Under the pieces are notes generated by a model that did not search any database, was not told where the DNA came from, and worked only from the letters and a program-made list of their open reading frames with translations. This document shows, in pieces, positions 57,311 to 64,000 of a DNA stretch of 64,000 nt; position 1 is the first letter of the stretch; each line of letters starts with the position of its first letter. Source of the DNA: Macrostomum lignano (Eukaryota); contig NIVC01001216.1 in the NCBI GenBank assembly GCA_002269645.1, positions 62,001 to 126,000 on the forward strand. Reading direction: 5' to 3'. The translations under genes were made by a program, and so were the position numbers.

Positions 57311-58924
57311 AAAAAGTCAGAAACTACATGTAGTGTATTCAAAAATTTGTACTTCATTCTTTATTGGCGCACCATCGGGCGCTGATTGCTATCACAATAT
57401 ACCAAATCTCTAATATTCTTATTCTCCTAAAGTTCTTCTTCACAAGCCACAGATTCGTTTAAAAAAATGAAGATGTTTTTAACTCCAATAGCGTAGGGGT
57501 TGTATCCTAGTGGTTAGGTCTCGACCTCTGAGCGCCAATCAGCACTGCGCCTCAGTGCAGCCTCGGCCAAGCCTCCAAATTTCATCAGCACGTGGACCAC
57601 ATGCGTCTGCATCAGCTCTGACTGCGTTGGTCACTGGCTTTCATCCAGGCCAAGCCAAGCTTGATAATAAGCCAAGGTAACCTCCCCTTTGCTCGTTCGC
57701 CCTCGACTGGCGGGAAAATGGCTTGGTATTCCTACTGTTAACGTACTTTTTACGAAATTTGTAAAAATTGAACAGATTTTAATAGCCTTACCCAGAAAGT
57801 GGAATTGCAGAAGTCTTCAATAAAGTTTGCCTCTTCATTCATTGTCGACCTCGAAGATAATAACAGACCAACAGATACCAGTTGGCACTGTCTCGGACGA
57901 GGTGTAACAGTCTGTAGTGCGTTTCAGTTCAAACTGCAGCTTCACGCTATAAAGCTGCAAATTAGATCCAAAATGGCGATGTCTGTTTTCTATTTTGTTC
58001 AATTTCAAACTGCCAAAGCAACTTTCAGTCGATCTTCTTCTTCTTACAGTCTAAAAATAGTCGGAGGCTCTTTCCACTTCAAGCTTCCCTAGCAAGCCTG
58101 AAAATTGGCCTGTGTCATACGTTTGCGTATGCTACTCCGCAGGTTAAAATAAACAAATGCCCGCACTGTATGCCAGCCTCCTCTGTGCAATCGTAGACCA
58201 GTGCACGCAACAGACAGGCAGGCAGACCCGACCTACGGTCAGTGTACAGTCTGCTCAAACCCAAACCACTCAAACCAATTGTAGATAGAACGTCGTTAAT
58301 ACGTTTTCATTAAGTGACGTTTTTTCAATTGCAAAGTAAAGCAAGAAAAGGCAAGACAGAACACTATACATGTACGAATGTACAGAAGCGCGCGCAAACC
58401 ACAAACACTGAAAGTTGAGACGGCAGACTAAAGAAGGAGTGTTTTCATTTTGCAAAATTTCATAATTTAGTCCATCGGTAGAAAAGTGGTGCAAAGGTGT
58501 CGTCTGGCTTTTAAGAATTCAGAATTAAGAATAAAAGTGCAAAGAAATTGGGACTGTGTGTTTGTCAATAGATTTGAGCCCTCTCGAAGTGCACATATAG
58601 TGTGCTCATTTCTGACGATGAGAAATTCACGTGTCTGCATATGTATCCGTGTATCTGACACTTTGTAGGCTCCAGTAGTCCAGTTGCAAACTTCATTTTT
58701 CCTTTATCAGCTTTTCTATCGCCTCTTCTGTTGGCTTTTTTCTCCTTCCTTCACTCTTCTTTGCCCTCTTGCTTTGTTCCCTTTGTTATACATTTGCATT
58801 TTCATTGTTTAAGAGTGGGAGAGTTGGTTTTACAACTTACCTTGGCCAGTGGTCATTTCCTGCCAATCATTACCTGCCAATGCCATAAATAACACCATAC
58901 ATGAGGGGGGAGGCATATGCCGCA

Positions 58925-59295
58925 TATCTAAGTAATGGTCTAGTGTGACAGCAACCCAGGCTTGATTCTACTGGTAAGTGCAGTTGCATTAACTTGGGGC
59001 TAAACTGAAATCCAACTTGGCTCTGCTTGTGCAATTAACACCACTGAGGGCCAACCCCCCAAGGCATAGTGAAGTGTACATGTTGAACAATAAATAAAGT
59101 TACAGCCTCAGGGGGGCTGTAGCCCAGCGGTAGTGTAGCTGCTCTGGTATGCCAGCGACCCAGGCTCGATTCCAAGTGCAGTCACATTAATTTGGGGCTG
59201 AATTGGAATCTTAGCTTGGCTCTGCTTGTGCAATTAACGGCCTTGAAAGCCAACCCCCCAAGGCGCAGTGAAGTGTACATGCTTAACGATAATAT
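58925..59295 (+). mobile_element. Two tandem copies of tRNA-related SINE family 2 (about 58925-59105 and 59107-59295)
   Basis: A-box-like ggctgtagcccagcgg and B-box-like ggctcgattcc. Shared body cttggctctgcttgtgcaattaac...aacccccc aagg...gtgaagtgtacatg and an A-rich end. Confidence 0.72.
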
Positions 59296-61225
59296 AAAGT
59301 TAGGGCTGCTGTACACTCCTGTGTGAGTGTGTGCCTGCATACGTATCCGCGCGCTTGTATGCCTGCTCAGGGGAGTTGGTGGAATGGGCAGTAATGCCTC
59401 TCGCTGGTTGTGTGCGTATGTCGCTTAAAGTGTGCCAAGGTGCACACAACCCCCCTGCCTCTAATAAAAAAGTTACAGCCTCTGTACACTTCTATATGAG
59501 TATATGCCTATGTATATGACTATATACATATCTAAATGTGGGTCTGTCTACTCAGGAGAGTTGTCAGAATGGACAGTAATGCCTCTCACCAATTGTATAA
59601 CAATGTTGCTTGTGTGTTAAAGTGTGAATGGCCACTGTCTCTAATAAAAAAGACCAACAAGGTTTTTTGGCCATTTTAAAATCTCAAGATTCTCAAATAG
59701 TTGGCAACTGGATTTTTGGCATCAGAGGCTAATCTAACAACTTCATTTTCCCCATGCCAGTTGCAAATGTCAAAAAATGATTTTGCAAATGTAAAAAAGT
59801 ACCATATAAATTTTTATGATGGAATTATTAGTTTGTTATTGTTTGTAGCATAGATAGCAATCTTAGAGTTGAGAGAACAAATTTCTGCTTTTTAATTTTA
59901 AACATGGCCTTGGAATATATCATCAAGAATTTAGCTATTTGCCAATGGGCAACCAAAAATAGCCATTGGCAACTGGATTTTGAGCCCCAAGGGCCAGCTA
60001 GAAACTGGATTTCCAACCCTGAAAAAACCTAGGTGTGTGCACACCTGGCATGCAATTAATAGAATCATGTAAAAGAGTTAGTGTTAAGTGAAAAAAGATT
60101 GAAAAGAAAATTTTATTTTTAAGCCTAAGTTTAAAGCTTTCCTGTTTTTAAGGTCATAATAGGGCATTTAAACAAATGTTTGTGCATATTGATTTCCTGC
60201 TATAAATAGCATAAGTAAGAAAGGTTAATCAGTCAAATTATCAACCAAAAAGGTCTTATATACAATGCAAAAAATGTTGTTTACTGTTGCAACACAAGAA
60301 AAGATCATTTATTGTTGCAATACCAGCCTAGATTAGAGAGTGTAGGCAAGTACCCAATTTTTTAGCATGCATTTGTAACTGTCCAATTTTTGTTCAGGTT
60401 TGTACCCAGCATGATCTAGACTATGGTATATTTGTCATTAGGCCTAAGATAAAATAAAGAATTAAAAAACTACTTCTAAAGTATTCAAGAAAACAATGTT
60501 ATGGAAAAGCTTATAAAAAAGTTGCTCATGAAATTTAAGTGCCAAAAAACTTAAACATTTTGGGAAAAACCTGACATAAAATTTGTGCAAATGTCTGTTC
60601 TAGAATTGCCATGCAAAGATTCCATCCTCGATTAGGGGTATACATACACTAAGCAATATAAATAGATGCAAAAGTTATGACATAATATGCATTTGTAATT
60701 TATTATAATAAAATTTCGAAAAACGCGATGTTGCATGAAGTGATATTGTCTATCGTATTGATAAATTAAAATGATAAGATAATGACATATTGATATTAAA
60801 CTTATATTTTGTTTAAAAACTAAAAGGTTGGCATAAAATATCTATAGCTATACTTGTATTTAAAGTATAAACAAAGGCTAATACATAAAAAACAATGCGC
60901 TTATCACAGTAAGTACAATAAACTAATGTCAGACTGAATATTAAAAAAAGACAAAATATTTAGGCTGCACAACTCGTTTCTAAGAATGTTGACTTTTTAA
61001 TTTCGTAACATTCTATCTTCAGAAACTATAATAAATATTAGATATACAAACCATACCTTAACACTAATTGTACAAAAATTCATGGAACAGTTGCTTTCAG
61101 TTTAAAATAAACAATATTTGACGTGTTAAAAACATACGATAAATGTGTAAAGTAGGAGTACTGCAATAATTTTCTCTCTCTCTTCAGAATCTTAAGAATT
61201 ATTGGGGATCCTATGCGGAGTCCAG

Positions 61226-61462
61226 CAGTGGCGTAGCCAGGGGGGCGGAGGGGCCGCCCCCCAATCGCCGGGGGGTGGGGTTGTGCGCGGCCGCGGGTAC
61301 CAAAAACCATGAGGCAGGGTGAGTGCCTGCTGCGCCAAAATGAGTGCTTGCGGCGCCAAAATGAGTGCCTGCGGCGCCAAAAGTGGCAATGGCATAAGGC
61401 ATGGCCAGCCAGGCCAACCCGCCCCTCCCCCCAATTGAAATTCCTGGCTACGCCACTAGCTG
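61226..61462. mobile_element. hAT-type MITE, 237 bp
   Basis: TIR cagtggcgtagccagg / cctggctacgccact(agct)g. 8-bp TSD gagtccag at 61218-61225 and 61463-61470. Confidence 0.88.
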
Positions 61463-62274
61463 GAGTCCAGAGACTACAGACCATAGGTTATTGAACCTTT
61501 TACAATTTATGCCTAAAATATTCTTCGTCCCCATATATGCAACTATAATACTCAAAAATCAGTCAAAAGCTTTTATCCTCTAATTAAGCGAGAGAATTGA
61601 ATAGAAGAGAAGAAGAAGAGTAGAACTCCGACGTATATAGTCGTCCATGCTAGCTGCATCTTATGGATTGTATAAACTGTATATACATGTATACATGCAT
61701 GATTTAAACGTACACATATACATGATGTATCTATATACAAATACAGTAAAAGTTCCAGCCAATTCCGTGCACAAGCCCCAAAAATTTTGTAGCGCACGGA
61801 ATCGAACCATGCATACGCGTTCTACCAAAACACTATTCTAAATGTACATCCTCCTACTTTTTACCCTCCAGCTCCTCGTCGACCGACGTTTCCGACGTCA
61901 ACAAATATGTACAAGCTTTTACCTTACACCAACGTTCAACCGACGTATGACGTCGTTTATTACCTACACAGTACATGATGCTATCTGCTTAAGTCACTAC
62001 AGAACAGTAGGGATCTGCAATTCGTCCGCTAGACAGAAAACAGTCTACGAGCTCCAGTGTGCAGGTATTAAAGTATTTTAATGACTGGTCGAAAAAAGGG
62101 TTTCCAACACGTAATTTTGGCATCATTGATTGGAAAAGCAAAAATATGATTCAGGCTGTTACTTGAGTTTTGCATGCCAAAAGCACTATTATGATGTTGC
62201 CAATCCCGAATGCAATAATATGTTCGATTCTACAAGAGGTTCGTCAGCTTTCGCCTAACAGACAGCATGCAGTC

Positions 62275-62660
62275 ATTAGGCAACAGTATTTAAGACTCCA
62301 ATTCTGCTCACTAGCTATGTTGCTATCTTGATTCGTGCCCACTCTCGTGCAAGACCCAGCTACGATGACAAACGTACCAAATACTGCTCGAGACTCGTGC
62401 GACCCTTCTGCACCCGACGATCGAATGGCCTCGCCACTGTCCAAGCAACTCTAATTTCTCCAGTGTTCTACTTCACCCTATTCTTCACCCTCAAAATGTT
62501 CATATGGTCAGACAGAGACAATATATAAATGCATCTCAAGTTAAGGCTAAATCTTTTATTACACTCGAAGTAGGGTACTGCGTGTCACAATGGGGTGCCC
62601 ATGCTTTAGAATTTATGACTCTCGCGTGCTTCTTCGGTACATGCTTAGTAGGTACGGCTG
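62275..62660 (-). repeat. Second copy of the dispersed repeat at 5960-6435
   Basis: Reverse-complement similarity across about 390 bp. Confidence 0.85.
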
Positions 62661-63024
62661 ACTGATGAATTCTTTAATAATTCTTGTTGGTATCAAAAAT
62701 AAAACTGGCACGAAAGAGGACTTTCGAGTCTTTTATAGAAATTGAAAAAAAGCTGAAAATTAATGCTTAATTACTTTCTCGTCGCGAAACCTGTAGGAAG
62801 TCTTCTTCACTCTAACTCAAATTACGAGCGTACATGTAACGAAATTCATTCTAAAACAGTATCAACATTTCGCTCGAACGCAATCAACTGGCACTAAAGT
62901 ATCGCTTGTGGGGTGTGACTGCACGAACTAGACCGTACGCTTATAGTTGCATTGTTTGTCTGTCCGTGCATCAGTGCCGTGCAGCAGTACTATCAATGAA
63001 TTCATTCAAGGACAATATAGAAAC

Positions 63025-63620
63025 CAAGGACTACTCAAGTCGAAGAACGGGAAACCTCGTTTCTTGGAAGATTTTAGGAGGCAGGTTTCATCGAAAAATA
63101 CACTACGGAGATAGGAAGTTTTCATTTTTTTAGCACAAAAATTGAATTATTGCTTCCCGATGGGAAGCCGACCCAGTGTTCATCTTTTGATATGCTGTGC
63201 CTTTCTTATCGCTCTATCGATATTCATAAAGCTTTTCGTTCAGAAAATTAGGATTCTATGTTAAACTTTTATTCTACGTACAATTGCACATTTACTGTTA
63301 CTAAAAACCATTAAAATGACACGGCTCGGCTCATTGGTTTTATGAATCTATTTTATCCTTCTTAGCTGACTTTGTAACTAATATGCGTAACAGGGATGAT
63401 AAAATAGATTCATGAAACCAATGAGACGAGCTGTGGCATGCATTTTTATGATTTTTTGGTACAGGGAATGTACGTAGAATGAGAAAGTTCTCAATGTTAC
63501 ATAGAACTGAAAAAATGGAAACTTCTGTCTTCGTAGTGTATTTCTTTCCAAAAAACCTGCCTCCCAAAATTTTCGAAGAAACGATCGACGTTTCCCGTCC
63601 TTCTACTTGAGTATTCATTG
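63025..63620. mobile_element. MITE, 596 bp, same family as 10390-10909
   Basis: TIR caaggactactcaagt... / ...acttgagtattcattg. TSD atagaaac versus agagaaac (7 of 8 match). Confidence 0.88.
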
Positions 63621-64000
63621 AGAGAAACAAGGGTGTGGCTTAATGATCGAATATGACAATGCGAGCGTCAACACGCTAAAGTAGACATCAGCCGAAAAAC
63701 CTCTGACAATCTATCATTGTGTTCGATCGAAAGTGCCCCATCGAGCACTGCTCAAACTTAAGTATATATCGTGCAGATCAACTGGAAAAATCTTTCTGTA
63801 GAAAGTCTGAACGGAGTAACTGCATCTGAAGTTGACTTTGTAAGTGAACTGATCTAACTGTGTACAAATGTAGGGTAATTTTCATGGGTCAAAAGGTGCG
63901 GTCAATCGCTACGAACCTATAGAGAAAGCTGGGTACCTACGCAAAAAGCGAGCCTATTTTGATTGTTTGACGTGTGACAACCTTTAGAACAAAGTCCTTT

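Noticed and set aside
57493-57530. A-box-like tRNA or SINE head
   Set aside because: Only about 30 nt match; no B box or body.
59640-60020. Possible hAT remnant ending ttccaaccctg
   Set aside because: No matching left TIR or TSD found.

Overview
Eukaryotic (metazoan) genomic DNA with GC-rich exons and introns filled with tandem repeats. The style, and a remembered RTE-type LINE peptide, suggest a free-living flatworm such as Macrostomum; this is inference only. I reconstructed five intron-containing genes by hand from splice sites and exon phases. (1,2) A tandem pair of 6-exon SVOP/SV2-like MFS transporters (+, 304-3514 and 6533-11205); the first has a 4-nt frameshift deletion. (3) A BTB-BACK-Kelch gene (+, 14774-19988). 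(4) A very divergent 3-exon QSOX (quiescin sulfhydryl oxidase) homolog (-, 22685-30344) that seems to have lost both catalytic CxxC motifs. (5) A 17-exon MRP1/ABCC1-like ABC transporter (-, 34352-57010, 1533 aa) with one GC-AG intron. 15 of its 16 introns hold a tandem repeat. Mobile DNA: two tRNA-derived SINE families, several MITE families, a long-TIR foldback element, a 3.4-kb CACTA/EnSpm-like element with a spliced cargo ORF, a TSD-flanked GC-rich retro-insert and a LINE remnant. Most long ORFs in the supplied track are artefacts of tandem repeats. All alignments were done by eye; repeat boundaries are approximate.
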